Shown in pieces: positions 28,268 to 37,585 of a stretch of DNA of 64,000 nt; within the stretch, counting starts at the first letter, position 1; each line of letters begins with the position of its first letter. Source of the DNA: Myxococcota bacterium. Lineage in GTDB: Bacteria > Myxococcota_A > UBA9160 > SZUA-336. The position numbers and the translations under genes were made by a program. The stretch spans positions 544,001 through 608,000 of the forward strand of contig CBDFGR010000002.1 of NCBI GenBank assembly GCA_965247115.1, given 5' to 3'. A model generated the notes under the pieces. It was given only the letters and a program-made list of their open reading frames with translations, did no database searches and was not told the DNA's origin.

Positions 28268-29185
28268 ATGACAACTTCTGCAGGACTCCGTGGTGTGATC
28301 CCGGCGATTCCGACGCCGTTTACCCCTGACGGAGGCAAGGTCGATGAGGTCGCCCTCGAGCGGGTTGTAAGGCATGTACTCGACGGAGGCGTCCACGGGA
28401 TCATGACCACGGGTGGCACGGGCGAGTTCCCGCATCTCTCCCGAGAGGAGCGCCGCCGCGTAACGGCTGTCGTCGTCTCCGAGGCCGCGGGGGCGGTCCC
28501 GATCTACGCTGGGACAGCAGCCTGCTCGACCCTGGAAGTCCTCGCGCTCACAGAGGATGCTCGAGCAGCCGGCGCCGATGCAGCCATCTTCACGCCGCCG
28601 TTTTACTTCCCGATCCCAGAGGACATGCTCCACCAGCACTTTGCCGATACTGCAGCGGCCGACATCCTGCCGGTCGTCGTCTACAACAACCCGCTTTACA
28701 CGGGAAACAACCTCGGCCCCGCACTGATCGCCTCGCTCATGGAGCTCGACAACGTGATCGGGCTGAAACAATCGAACGACGACCTGGGGCAGCTGGTCGA
28801 GGCTCTGCGGCTCAGTAGAGCAGGGAGCGAAGCCTCGCTGCTCACCGGCATCGATAGCCAGTTCTACGCGGCCCTCGCCGTCGGTGCGCGCGGGATCTTC
28901 TCGACCGCCGCCGCGATCGTTCCCGCCCAGATGGTGCGCCTGTACGAGCTGGCGCAGAAAGGCGATCAGGTGGGGGCGCAGGCGCAGCACGAGCTGCTCC
29001 AGCCGCTCAACCGCTTCCTCGAGTACGACCCGGGCTACGTCTCGCCGACGAAGGAGGCGCTGCGGATGCTCGGGCTCGAATGCGGACCCGTGCGGCGGCC
29101 GCTCCCCGACTTCCCGGATTCCGAGCGGGCTACCCTCCGAGAGGCACTGGCGGACCTCGAAGTTCTGAAGGGGGTGGCAGCATGA
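28268..29185 (+). CDS. Dihydrodipicolinate synthase / NAL family aldolase
   Basis: PAIPTPF, GGTGE, VYNNP, IGLKQS (Schiff-base Lys). Confidence 0.88.
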   Translation: MTTSAGLRGVIPAIPTPFTPDGGKVDEVALERVVRHVLDGGVHGIMTTGGTGEFPHLSREERRRVTAVVVSEAAGAVPIYAGTAACSTLEVLALTEDARAAGADAAIFTPPFYFPIPEDMLHQHFADTAAADILPVVVYNNPLYTGNNLGPALIASLMELDNVIGLKQSNDDLGQLVEALRLSRAGSEASLLTGIDSQFYAALAVGARGIFSTAAAIVPAQMVRLYELAQKGDQVGAQAQHELLQPLNRFLEYDPGYVSPTKEALRMLGLECGPVRRPLPDFPDSERATLREALADLEVLKGVAA

Positions 29186-30186
29186 GGCTCGTGACATACG
29201 AACACGACTCCCGGCGCGCAATCGGCGCAGTCCACGACGGCAGCGTCATCGACCTCCAGAGCGCATACGCCCGCTACCTCGCTGACGTCGAGGATGACCC
29301 ACGAGCGGCGAAGATCGCCACGGTTCGCATCCCTGTCGACATGACCGGGTTCGTCGCAGGACTGGAGCCGTCGTGGCGGGCAGCGGAGCATGCTCTCGAC
29401 TATGCAGTCGGGACGGCAGCCGGGGAATTCGCGCGGGCGCTCGAGGACGTCAGACTGGTCGCACCCCTCGTTCCTCCCACCATCCTCAACACCGGCCAGA
29501 ACTACTGGGATCATCGTGACGAGAAGCCCGCCGTTGAGCAGCACGATCCTGAGTTCTTCCTGAAGGCCCCGCTCGCGGTCATCGGCCCCGACGAGCCGAT
29601 CGTCTATGACTCGGTGGTCACGAAGAAGCTCGACTACGAGGTGGAGCTGGCGGTCGTGATCGGAAAACCGGGACGTCACATACCGAAGTCCCAAGCGCTC
29701 GAGCATGTCTTTGGCTACACGGTGGCGAACGACATCACTGCCCGAGACCGGCAGGCCGTTCCTCATCCCGAGGGCGGCTGGGAGTACCGGCTCGGCCCCG
29801 GAAAGAACTTCGATACGGCGGCGCCGCTCGGACCCTGGATCGTCACTCGGGACGAGATCCCCGATCCGCAGAGCCTCCAGCTTCGGACGCTCGTGAACGA
29901 CGAGCTGCGCCAGAACAACTCAACCAAGAACATGATCTGGGACGTTGCCACGCTCGTGTCGTTCTTCTCCGACTTCTACACGCTTCAGCCCGGCGTTGTG
30001 ATCGAGACCGGAACACCCGGCGGAACGGCGTGGGCGACCGATCCCGAACTCGGCGGTCGCCCCTATGAGCGGGAGGACGTCAAACGCGCGGGCTACCTCG
30101 AGCCGGGCGATGTGGTGCGCGTTGAGATTGAGGCGATCGGCTCGCTTAACAACCCCATCGTCTCGGCACGAGAGACAGGGGAGTGA
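29182..30186 (+). CDS. Fumarylacetoacetate hydrolase family protein
   Basis: GQNYWDH, LDYEVELAVVIG, NDITARD, GKNFDT, TGTPGG; ATGA overlap. Confidence 0.9.
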   Translation: MRLVTYEHDSRRAIGAVHDGSVIDLQSAYARYLADVEDDPRAAKIATVRIPVDMTGFVAGLEPSWRAAEHALDYAVGTAAGEFARALEDVRLVAPLVPPTILNTGQNYWDHRDEKPAVEQHDPEFFLKAPLAVIGPDEPIVYDSVVTKKLDYEVELAVVIGKPGRHIPKSQALEHVFGYTVANDITARDRQAVPHPEGGWEYRLGPGKNFDTAAPLGPWIVTRDEIPDPQSLQLRTLVNDELRQNNSTKNMIWDVATLVSFFSDFYTLQPGVVIETGTPGGTAWATDPELGGRPYEREDVKRAGYLEPGDVVRVEIEAIGSLNNPIVSARETGE

Positions 30187-31079
30187 GGCAGGAGAGGAGG
30201 AAGTTTGATGGCCCGCTCGATCTACATGCCCGAGATGACCAACCTCCAGGTGCGCGAGTTCCTCGATGGTGGCGGGCAAACAGTCATCGTCCCGGTAGGC
30301 TCGACCGAAGACCACGGTGACCACGGCCCGCTCTGGACCGACGTATACATCCCGACCGAGGTGGCCAAGGCGGCGGCGCCGGAGTTGCAGGCACTGGTGG
30401 GTCCACCCATTCCATTCGGTCTCGCACACGACCACCGCGGCGCCAGCGGCCTCGTGCACCTCCGCCTCGAGACCTTCGTCGGACTCCTCAAGGACGTCAG
30501 CCTCTCTCTCGCAGACTCGGGTTTCTCCCGGATCGTTCTCTTGAACGGCCACTACGTGAACAGCTGGGCGATGCAGTATGCGACGGCCCAGTTCTTCGAC
30601 GAGTTGCCCGAGGGAGTCCGCGTGTATCCCTTCCCGTACTGGCAGGGGCTTCCACCCGAGCGAGCGGCCCAGTACATGGGGCCCGACACGGGTATTCATG
30701 CCAACGTCGGTGAGACGTCGATCGTGCTCGCCATCGACGAGGGCCTCTGCGACATGGATCGGGTCCGTGACTTCACTCCCGACGTCGGCGAGCTGCGCAC
30801 CAACCTCCTTGGCCTGCTCGACCCCCTCTACCTCTCGACCCCAGGGTCCTTCTGGTCGATGCTCGAGCCCGGGGGCGGCACATGGGGAAATCCCTCCGAG
30901 TCGACCGCCGAGAAGGGCAAGCAGTTCCTCGAATGGTGTGCCGAAGCGGTCGTCAACCTCGTTCGCGACATGGAGGATGTTCACGATCGCCTCGAGCCGA
31001 GCTACCGAGCGAGTCGGCCCAATCGGGGCCGTGCCGTTCGCTGATCTCGAGGAATAACTTCGATACGGCGGCGCCGCTC
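29806..31079 (+). repeat. Exact 24-bp direct repeat pair (29806-29829 and 31056-31079)
   Basis: AACTTCGATACGGCGGCGCCGCTC occurs inside the FAH CDS and again in the convergent gap after the creatininase gene. Confidence 0.85.
30208..31044 (+). CDS. Creatininase family amidohydrolase
   Basis: PVGSTEDHGDHGPLWTD, NGH, HANVGETS. Confidence 0.85.
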   Translation: MARSIYMPEMTNLQVREFLDGGGQTVIVPVGSTEDHGDHGPLWTDVYIPTEVAKAAAPELQALVGPPIPFGLAHDHRGASGLVHLRLETFVGLLKDVSLSLADSGFSRIVLLNGHYVNSWAMQYATAQFFDELPEGVRVYPFPYWQGLPPERAAQYMGPDTGIHANVGETSIVLAIDEGLCDMDRVRDFTPDVGELRTNLLGLLDPLYLSTPGSFWSMLEPGGGTWGNPSESTAEKGKQFLEWCAEAVVNLVRDMEDVHDRLEPSYRASRPNRGRAVR

Positions 31080-32496
31080 AGGCCTGATTCAGCACTTTCA
31101 GGTACTGCTCACGCACCTCCGCGATGCGCTCGTCGAGGTCTTTCGTAGTCCAGTCGGCGGTCGGGATCGGCGGCAGGACGACGGCCTCGACGGTTGCGGG
31201 GCGCACCACAAAGGCGTGCTTTGGCATGGCATCCAGGGCATTGCGCAGAACGATCGGCACGACCGGGACGCCCGCCTGCATGGCGATGTGAAAGGGGCCC
31301 TTCTTGAATGGCCCGAGGCGCGGCGTGGGACTGCGGGTCCCCTCCGGGGCAATCACGAGGGAGCGACCCGCGCGGATCTCGTCCACGACGGGACGCAATG
31401 CCTCGATCGCCTGCTCGGGGTCGGAGCGGTCGATGAACACGGTCCCGGCCCACTCCGCGATGCGTCCGAACAGGGGAACCCGCAGCTCCTTCTTGCCAAC
31501 GGCGATGACGTCGCGCCGCACCATCTTCGTGACCAGGACCGCGTCGATGTTGCTCTGGTGGTTGAAGATGAACACGACCGGGCGCTCGAGCCACAGGTTC
31601 TGCTCGCCCTCGACACGAAGCTCCACCCCGGCGATCGCCGTACAGAGATCCGCGCTCGCAGACATCGAGGCGTTGACGAAGTGCCGCCAGTCGCGATTCA
31701 GCAGCGCCCCTGGCAGCGCGAGCAGGGGCGCGTACGACATCCCGGTGAGAGCGAGGCCGGTGCGAATGACGTCGATCGGCCGAGCGCGGCCGCGGCTCTC
31801 GAAGCGTGCCATGGGCCAGGCTCTCCGCCGCGCCACCCGTGCAAGGTTCGAATCGGGGTTCACGGGACGCGGCTTGCCGACCGCCTGGAGCAGCGGCAGA
31901 TCCTGGTAGTTGTCGGTATAGAAGTAGCTGCGGTCCAGGTCGAGCCCGTACTCGAGCGAGAGCCGCTCGGCGCCTTCCGCCTTGCGCCTGCCGTCGCAGG
32001 CAAACGCAACCCGACCCGTGAAGCGACCGTCCTCGACCTCGAGCTCGCTGCAGACGACGAGCTCCACGCCGAGATCGCGCGCGAGTGGGTCGATCTGGTA
32101 GCGCGTGGCGGACGAGATGATCGCGACGGTGTGACCGCGCTCCAGATGAGTCTCGACCAGCGCGCGCGACTCAGGATAGATCAGCGTGGCGAGCTCTTCT
32201 TCGAACAGACGCTCGCCGAGCTCCTCGAACTCCTTCTCGGAGATGCCCCGCATGAAGCCGGCCAGGGTGGCCATCACTCCGGAGAAGCCGAGCGTTCCGC
32301 GCCGAAAGCCGGCGACACTTGCAAGTGTAGAACGGATCTCCGCCAGCGAGATCCCCCGGCTCAGGATGCGATCCCGCCAGAAGGCGGCGATCGAGAAGCC
32401 CGCGATCAGCGTGCCGTCGAGGTCGAAGAAGGCTCCGACCCTCGGGCCCGCGGGCCCTTCGCGAACTTCGGAGGTGAGCCACTCGTGAAGGGCCAT
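31078..32496 (-). CDS. HAD-IB hydrolase / 1-acylglycerol-3-phosphate acyltransferase fusion
   Basis: FFDLDGTL HAD motif I; FNHQSNID (NHxxxxD) and APEGTRS acyltransferase motifs. Confidence 0.9.
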   Translation of the reverse strand: MALHEWLTSEVREGPAGPRVGAFFDLDGTLIAGFSIAAFWRDRILSRGISLAEIRSTLASVAGFRRGTLGFSGVMATLAGFMRGISEKEFEELGERLFEEELATLIYPESRALVETHLERGHTVAIISSATRYQIDPLARDLGVELVVCSELEVEDGRFTGRVAFACDGRRKAEGAERLSLEYGLDLDRSYFYTDNYQDLPLLQAVGKPRPVNPDSNLARVARRRAWPMARFESRGRARPIDVIRTGLALTGMSYAPLLALPGALLNRDWRHFVNASMSASADLCTAIAGVELRVEGEQNLWLERPVVFIFNHQSNIDAVLVTKMVRRDVIAVGKKELRVPLFGRIAEWAGTVFIDRSDPEQAIEALRPVVDEIRAGRSLVIAPEGTRSPTPRLGPFKKGPFHIAMQAGVPVVPIVLRNALDAMPKHAFVVRPATVEAVVLPPIPTADWTTKDLDERIAEVREQYLKVLNQA

Positions 32497-32506
32497 CCGC
32501 CCATTA

Positions 32507-32655
32507 TGCGGGACCCGGCGCGGGTCTTGCGGGACCCGGCGCGCGAGCGGTCGCGCGCCTCCCGCCTTCGCTCAGGCCTACGGCCTTCGCTGCGCGCTCC
32601 GCTTCCGCGGAGCTTGCGTTGCGGGACCCCGCGCGCGAGCGGTCGCGCGCCTCCC
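32507..32655. repeat. REP-like palindromic repeat cluster
   Basis: 37-bp unit TTGCGGGACCC(G/C)GCGCGCGAGCGGTCGCGCGCCTCCC at 32527-32563 and 32619-32655, plus a 16-bp partial copy at 32507; internal GCGCGCGA-GCGG-TCGCGCGC stem. Confidence 0.75.
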
Positions 32656-32695
32656 CCTTGTTTACTTCGAGAGCCGGCGGATGGAGAATCGGGGC

Positions 32696-33868
32696 ATGGC
32701 AAGCGAAACGAAGTGTCTGGTCTACGCTTCCTCGATCAGGGAGAACGCGCTCCTTGCATATGCGCTCGACCGAAATACCTGCTCACTCGTTCCGATCGGG
32801 AAGCCGATTGAGCTCGGCGTGCCGTGGGCTCTCACGCTGAGTCCGGACGGGCGGTTCCTCTACGCCGCCGCTCACGTGGAGCATGTCATCGCGACGCTCG
32901 AGATCGACCCCGTTTCTGGAGCACCGAGGCTGCTCGACGTCATGCCGCTCGACACGATGAAGGTCTTGCGTGCCGCGGACCAGAAACGCGGGGTGATCCA
33001 CAAGATCCCGACCTATCTGACCGTCGACCCGACGGGTCGGCACCTACTCGTGTGCGACTACTACAGGGACACGCTGGCCTCCTTTGCCCTGGCCGAGGAC
33101 GGGCGCATCCGGGGCGAGACTGCGGCGAGCGTGAGTGTCGGACCCGGCGTGGGGCACTCGCCGGAGCTCCCCAGCCACCCCCACTCGATCCAGCTGGATC
33201 CGAGCGGGCGGTTCGTGGTGGTGCCGCTTACAGGAGCCGACAGCATCCACTTCTTTCGCTGGGATGGCAGCACGGGCCGCATCTCCGACAAGGCCGTGGG
33301 GAGCGTGGCCACGGTCGGCGGGACGGGTCCTCGACACTTCGCGTTTCACCCCTCGCGGCCGCTCGTGTACTTTGCGAACGAGCGCGGGGAGCATCACTCG
33401 AGCGTTACGCTGTTCGAGCGAGCAGATGGCGAGCCGACGCTGCGCGAGCTCGACACCTGGTCGACGATCCCGACTTCCCACACGAGTCCGAATGCCATCG
33501 CGGACATCCATATCACCCCGGACGGGCGCTTTCTCTACGTCTCCAACCGCGGTCACGACAGCCTTGCGGGCTACGCAATCTCGCCCGACGACGGCAGTCT
33601 GGAGTCGCTCGGCCAGTTCGCCACCGGAGCCGCGCCCACCACGTTCGCGATCGAGGCTGGCGGGGAGCTCGTGGTCTCCGCCAGCACCCGCGACGGCACG
33701 CTGTCGGTCCATCGCATCGACGCGGAGAGCGGCTGCCTCTCGAAACCCGAGGTGACCGAGTGCACGTGGTTCGGCGACGAGACCGACCGGATGGAGCCGG
33801 TGGAGTCCCGCGCTACCGAGCAGGGCACCGGCGTGCCCTGGGTGCTCACTCTGACCCTGCCTGCCTAG
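32696..33868 (+). CDS. Lactonase family beta-propeller (6-phosphogluconolactonase-like)
   Basis: SHPHSIQLDPSG, GPRHFAFHP, ADIHITPDGRFLYVSNRGHDS. Confidence 0.88.
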   Translation: MASETKCLVYASSIRENALLAYALDRNTCSLVPIGKPIELGVPWALTLSPDGRFLYAAAHVEHVIATLEIDPVSGAPRLLDVMPLDTMKVLRAADQKRGVIHKIPTYLTVDPTGRHLLVCDYYRDTLASFALAEDGRIRGETAASVSVGPGVGHSPELPSHPHSIQLDPSGRFVVVPLTGADSIHFFRWDGSTGRISDKAVGSVATVGGTGPRHFAFHPSRPLVYFANERGEHHSSVTLFERADGEPTLRELDTWSTIPTSHTSPNAIADIHITPDGRFLYVSNRGHDSLAGYAISPDDGSLESLGQFATGAAPTTFAIEAGGELVVSASTRDGTLSVHRIDAESGCLSKPEVTECTWFGDETDRMEPVESRATEQGTGVPWVLTLTLPA

Positions 33869-34439
33869 CCGCGTTCCACTCCCGTTGCATTCTTCGAAGC
33901 AGAGCGGGGTAGACGACCAGGCGGCGAAAAGGATCGATGAGCGCCATGTACCAGCGGGTCCAGCCGCTGACGGGCTGGACGTAGATGGCCAGCCAGACCC
34001 GGTTGCCCTCCGCAGTGGGTTCGAGCGACGTGGACAGGAAGGCGTGAACAGTCGCGTTGCGAACCTCGAGGAGAGCTTCACCCGGGAGCTCGAACACCAC
34101 GCGAAACGGGCCCGGGCCGGCTGAGCCAGGAGGCGAGAGAGAACGAGCCCGGTCCGCCTCTCGGAGGCGGTGGATATAGGAGTGAGGGTCCGGTTCGGAG
34201 CCCCTTAGGTCCCAGCCAAGAGTCCGACCAAGCCAGGCGCGCAGGCGAAAAAGCTGCGCGGCCGCCCATCCCACATCAGAACCGTCAAGGTCCGGCACGA
34301 ACCCCGGGACGTCACGCAACGTCGCGCCCGGAGCGCCGCCAGAGAGATCGACCGTCCAGACGTCGCGCAGTGGAACGTCGGTGAGCAGCTCGTGAACGAG
34401 CAGGTCCCGAACCGCGAAGCTCTCAGCACTCGCCTTCAT
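33846..34439 (-). CDS. DUF2867-like protein
   Basis: LFRLRAWLGRTLGWD, NATVHAFL, YMALIDPFRRLVVYP. Confidence 0.7.
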   Translation of the reverse strand: MKASAESFAVRDLLVHELLTDVPLRDVWTVDLSGGAPGATLRDVPGFVPDLDGSDVGWAAAQLFRLRAWLGRTLGWDLRGSEPDPHSYIHRLREADRARSLSPPGSAGPGPFRVVFELPGEALLEVRNATVHAFLSTSLEPTAEGNRVWLAIYVQPVSGWTRWYMALIDPFRRLVVYPALLRRMQREWNAARQAGSE

Positions 34440-34525
34440 CGGCTCCCGGTCTTTGCTTTCAGGAGAATCGGTCCTATGCTAGCTCTGCTTGGCATGCCAA
34501 GCAGCCCCCAGAGAGGGAATTCTCG

Positions 34526-35287
34526 ATGCCCGAAGCCGCAGCGCGACCGACCGCCCCGAACCCGCTCTGGCTCTTGCTGGAAGCCCCACGCCTGGTCCTC
34601 GAATCCGCCACCCTGGCACCCTCCGTCCCGGTTCTCTGGCGGGCCCCGCGCGGAGACGGGCACCCCGTGATGGTGCTACCCGGTTTCTGGGCCGGCGATC
34701 AGTCCACGCGGGTGCTGCGCGAGTATCTGCGCCGACTGGGCTACGGGGCCCACCGCTGGTTGCTGGGCCGGAACACGGGCCTTCCCGAGGGAGCCGCCAG
34801 GCAGCTCATGGATCGCGTGACCGATCTGCATCGACGCTACGGACACCCCGTGAGCCTGGTGGGCTGGAGCCTCGGCGGGATCTACGCGCGCGAGCTCGCG
34901 CGCCAGGTCCCGCACGCCGTACGCCAGGTAATCACGCTGTCCAGCCCCTTCGGTGGCGAACACCGTGGCCACCGAGCGGGCTGGCTACACCGCACGGTGA
35001 CAGGCGAAGACATCCCGCCGGAGTTGCGCAGGCGCATGAACCGCAACGCCGGACCGCTGCCGGTACCTTCCACAGCGATCTTCAGCAAGAGCGACGGGGT
35101 CGTGGGCTGGCGTGCCTGCATCGAACCGGAAGCGGAGCACACCGAGAACATTGAGGTGGTCGGCAGCCACTGCGGACTCGGCTTCAACCCCGTGGTGCTC
35201 TACGCGGTGGCGGACAGATTGTCTCAGCCAAAGGAGGGCAGGAAGAGCTTTGACAAGAGCGGCCTCCGCCGGCTCTTCTACTCGTAG
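34526..35287 (+). CDS. Alpha/beta hydrolase (lipase/PGAP1-like)
   Basis: PRGDGHPVMVLPG, GWSLGG, DGVV, SHCGLG. Confidence 0.85.
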   Translation: MPEAAARPTAPNPLWLLLEAPRLVLESATLAPSVPVLWRAPRGDGHPVMVLPGFWAGDQSTRVLREYLRRLGYGAHRWLLGRNTGLPEGAARQLMDRVTDLHRRYGHPVSLVGWSLGGIYARELARQVPHAVRQVITLSSPFGGEHRGHRAGWLHRTVTGEDIPPELRRRMNRNAGPLPVPSTAIFSKSDGVVGWRACIEPEAEHTENIEVVGSHCGLGFNPVVLYAVADRLSQPKEGRKSFDKSGLRRLFYS

Positions 35288-35302
35288 GAGACCCCCCAAT
35301 GA

Positions 35303-36727
35303 TCAGCGGACTGGGGGACTCACGTCTGCCTCGCCCCGGAGCTCGTCGAAGGAGTCGCGCGTCATCTGGACGAACGTCTCCAGGTCGGGCACCAGGTCGT
35401 AGTCGGCGTTGAAGCCCCAGCACAAGCGTCCGTCGTAGCTCGTCAGCGCAATGCCGAGACCCAGCCGGGCAACCAGCGGGACGTGCGGGTAAATCTCGAG
35501 CAGCGTCGCGCCGAGCGTGTAGATCGGGACCTGCGGGCCGGGAACGTTCGTAACGACCAGGTTGAACGGGAGCATGCGCGTGAGGTTTCGTGCGCCGAGG
35601 CTGAGCAGCGTTGACGGTGTCCACTCCGCGGCCTGAGTCAGTGTCTCCGCACCGACGGCGCGACGCGACTCCTTGAGCTTCCGGGTTTTCTCACTGATCT
35701 GCTTCAGCCGTCGTCGCGGATCGCGCTCGCCTATGGGGAGGTCGAGGACCCAGGCCGACACGCGGTTGCCGAGCTGCCCCCGTTGCTCGTCGCTGCGCAC
35801 GCTGACCGGCGTCATCACGCGGAACGAGATCGCATCGGGGTCCACGCGCCGGTACGTGAGGAAGCGGCGCACCGCCCCCGCAACGACCGCCAGCACGACG
35901 TCGTTCAGCGAGCCGCCGAGCGACTTCCGCACGGACTTCACGTCGGCCAGGCTCATCACGCACCAGTCGAAGCGCCGGTGCGGCCCGATTTCCCGGTTGA
36001 GCGGAGTCTCGGATGGGCGTCGGAGCGACGTCCCGAGCGTCTCGAGCGCCGCCCGTGCGCGCACCAGAACCTCCCGGCGCGCGTCGTCGGCCTCGCGCGT
36101 GAATTCGCGAAAGTCGCGCAGCGCGGTGAACGGGAGGCGCATGCGCCGACGCACCTCCTCGCGCAGCAGTCGGGAACGCGACGGCCTGGGATGCGGCAGG
36201 AACGGCGGCGCCTCCGGGATGGTCGTGTCGGGCCTTTGCGTCATCAAGACGTTCATCAGGTCGACACCCGAAACGCCGTCGATCATGCAGTGGTGCACCT
36301 TGGAGATGATCGCGAAGCGATCGCGCTCGAGGCCCTCGACGACCCACATCTCCCAGAGCGGGCGCGAGCGGTCCAGGTGCTGCTCCATGACCCGCGCAGA
36401 GAGGCGCTTGAGCTGCTCCTCGTTGCCCGGGCGAGGCAGGCTCGTGTGCCGGATGTGGTAGTCGATGTTGAAGCAGTCGTCGTCGACCCAAACCGGGTGG
36501 TTCTCGAGCGGGATGTAGCGCAGCTTCTGGCGGTAGCGCGGGATCTTGTGCAGCAGGCCGGCGGTCAGTTGCTTGAAGGCCTCGGCGTCGACGCCGCCAT
36601 CGGCCTTGCGCAGGGGCCCGGCCTCCAGAATCTGTGTGGAGGCGACGTGCATGTAGGCGTGCGGTTGCTCGAGCACCAGAAAAGAATTGTCGAGCGCCGA
36701 CAAACGGTCGTAGGAGTAGCGGGCCAC
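35303..36727 (-). CDS. Wax ester synthase / diacylglycerol acyltransferase (WS/DGAT)
   Basis: LSALDNSFL, LDRSRPLWE, HHCMIDG catalytic motif, NLVVTNVPGP. Confidence 0.92.
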   Translation of the reverse strand: MARYSYDRLSALDNSFLVLEQPHAYMHVASTQILEAGPLRKADGGVDAEAFKQLTAGLLHKIPRYRQKLRYIPLENHPVWVDDDCFNIDYHIRHTSLPRPGNEEQLKRLSARVMEQHLDRSRPLWEMWVVEGLERDRFAIISKVHHCMIDGVSGVDLMNVLMTQRPDTTIPEAPPFLPHPRPSRSRLLREEVRRRMRLPFTALRDFREFTREADDARREVLVRARAALETLGTSLRRPSETPLNREIGPHRRFDWCVMSLADVKSVRKSLGGSLNDVVLAVVAGAVRRFLTYRRVDPDAISFRVMTPVSVRSDEQRGQLGNRVSAWVLDLPIGERDPRRRLKQISEKTRKLKESRRAVGAETLTQAAEWTPSTLLSLGARNLTRMLPFNLVVTNVPGPQVPIYTLGATLLEIYPHVPLVARLGLGIALTSYDGRLCWGFNADYDLVPDLETFVQMTRDSFDELRGEADVSPPVR

Positions 36728-36815
36728 GAGAAGCTCCTGCGCTGTTCCTGGATTGTGTACCAGCAGGGGTCCGTCGGGGTGCTTGATCGGCCAAGCGGCT
36801 GCTACACTGGCTCGC

Positions 36816-37163
36816 GTGAAGAGGAAGCAGGGCGGCGCGCTGGGGGACTTCATCCGCGACCAGCGGGAGATCACGCGGCTCTCCCTGCGCCAGCTCGCGA
36901 ACCTGGCCCGGATCTCCAACCCCTACCTGAGCCAGATCGAGCGCGGAGTCTATCGCCCGTCCGCCGACATCCTCAAGTCGCTTGCCGAAGCCCTTGGAAT
37001 CTCTCCGGAATCTCTGTTTGCACGGGCGGGGCTGCTGGACGAGGACGAGGAGGCGGAGCGAACCATCGGGGTCGAGGAGGCGATCCGGCTGGACCCTGAG
37101 CTCTCCACCGAGCAGAAGGAGGCCATGATCGGCGTGTACCGGGGCTTCGTGGACCATCCCTAG
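36816..37163 (+). CDS. XRE-family regulator (resembles actinobacterial Rv0474/MLDSR type)
   Basis: LGDFIRDQRE...SLRQLA...SNPYLSQIERG...PSADIL; VEEAIRLDPELSTEQK. Confidence 0.82.
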   Translation: MKRKQGGALGDFIRDQREITRLSLRQLANLARISNPYLSQIERGVYRPSADILKSLAEALGISPESLFARAGLLDEDEEAERTIGVEEAIRLDPELSTEQKEAMIGVYRGFVDHP

Positions 37164-37180
37164 GGTTGATTTCTCAAGCA

Positions 37181-37204
37181 GATTGCTTAGTATACCAAGC
37201 AATC
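37181..37204. promoter_or_regulatory. Putative operator upstream of the phasin-like gene
   Basis: Perfect 8-bp inverted repeat GATTGCTT-AGTATACC-AAGCAATC in an AT-rich gap. Confidence 0.55.
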
Positions 37205-37235
37205 AATCACCCACGCAGGATAGAGGATCAACACC

Positions 37236-37583
37236 ATGCCGCAGTACAACGAGCTCACCGAGGATCTGGGTAGCCGGCTGACCGACCTGATCGGGCGCAT
37301 CCAGACCTTCCAGACGGACGCGATCAGCGCGGTCCGCGAGCGCGTCGAGTCCTTCCTCCCCGAGCTCCCGACACCGGCCCTCCTCGAGGATCTCCCCAGA
37401 CCCGAGCATTTGGCCCGCGCGAACTTCGCCCTGGCCGAGCAGCTGCTCCGCGCCCAGAAGCGGTACGCGCTCGGCATCCTGGACGCCCTGCAGCCCTCCG
37501 AGAAGGCTCCTCCGACCGAAGAGAGCGAGCCTGTCGCGGTGGAGCCGACACCCGAGCCGTCGAGAGACCACTCGGCAGCGTAA
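37236..37583 (+). CDS. Small amphipathic helical protein, phasin / lipid-droplet protein-like
   Basis: RBS AGAGGA; helical pattern LPRPEHLARANFALAEQLLRAQKRYA; context of lipid genes. Confidence 0.6.
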   Translation: MPQYNELTEDLGSRLTDLIGRIQTFQTDAISAVRERVESFLPELPTPALLEDLPRPEHLARANFALAEQLLRAQKRYALGILDALQPSEKAPPTEESEPVAVEPTPEPSRDHSAA

Positions 37584-37585
37584 GC

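Noticed and set aside
30208..31044. Mycofactocin peptidase MftE
   Set aside because: No mftA/B/C/D/F genes in the window; only generic creatininase motifs
32507..32655. CRISPR mini-array
   Set aside because: Only two full repeats, a structured and repetitive interval, an adjacent partial copy and no cas genes; REP-like fits better
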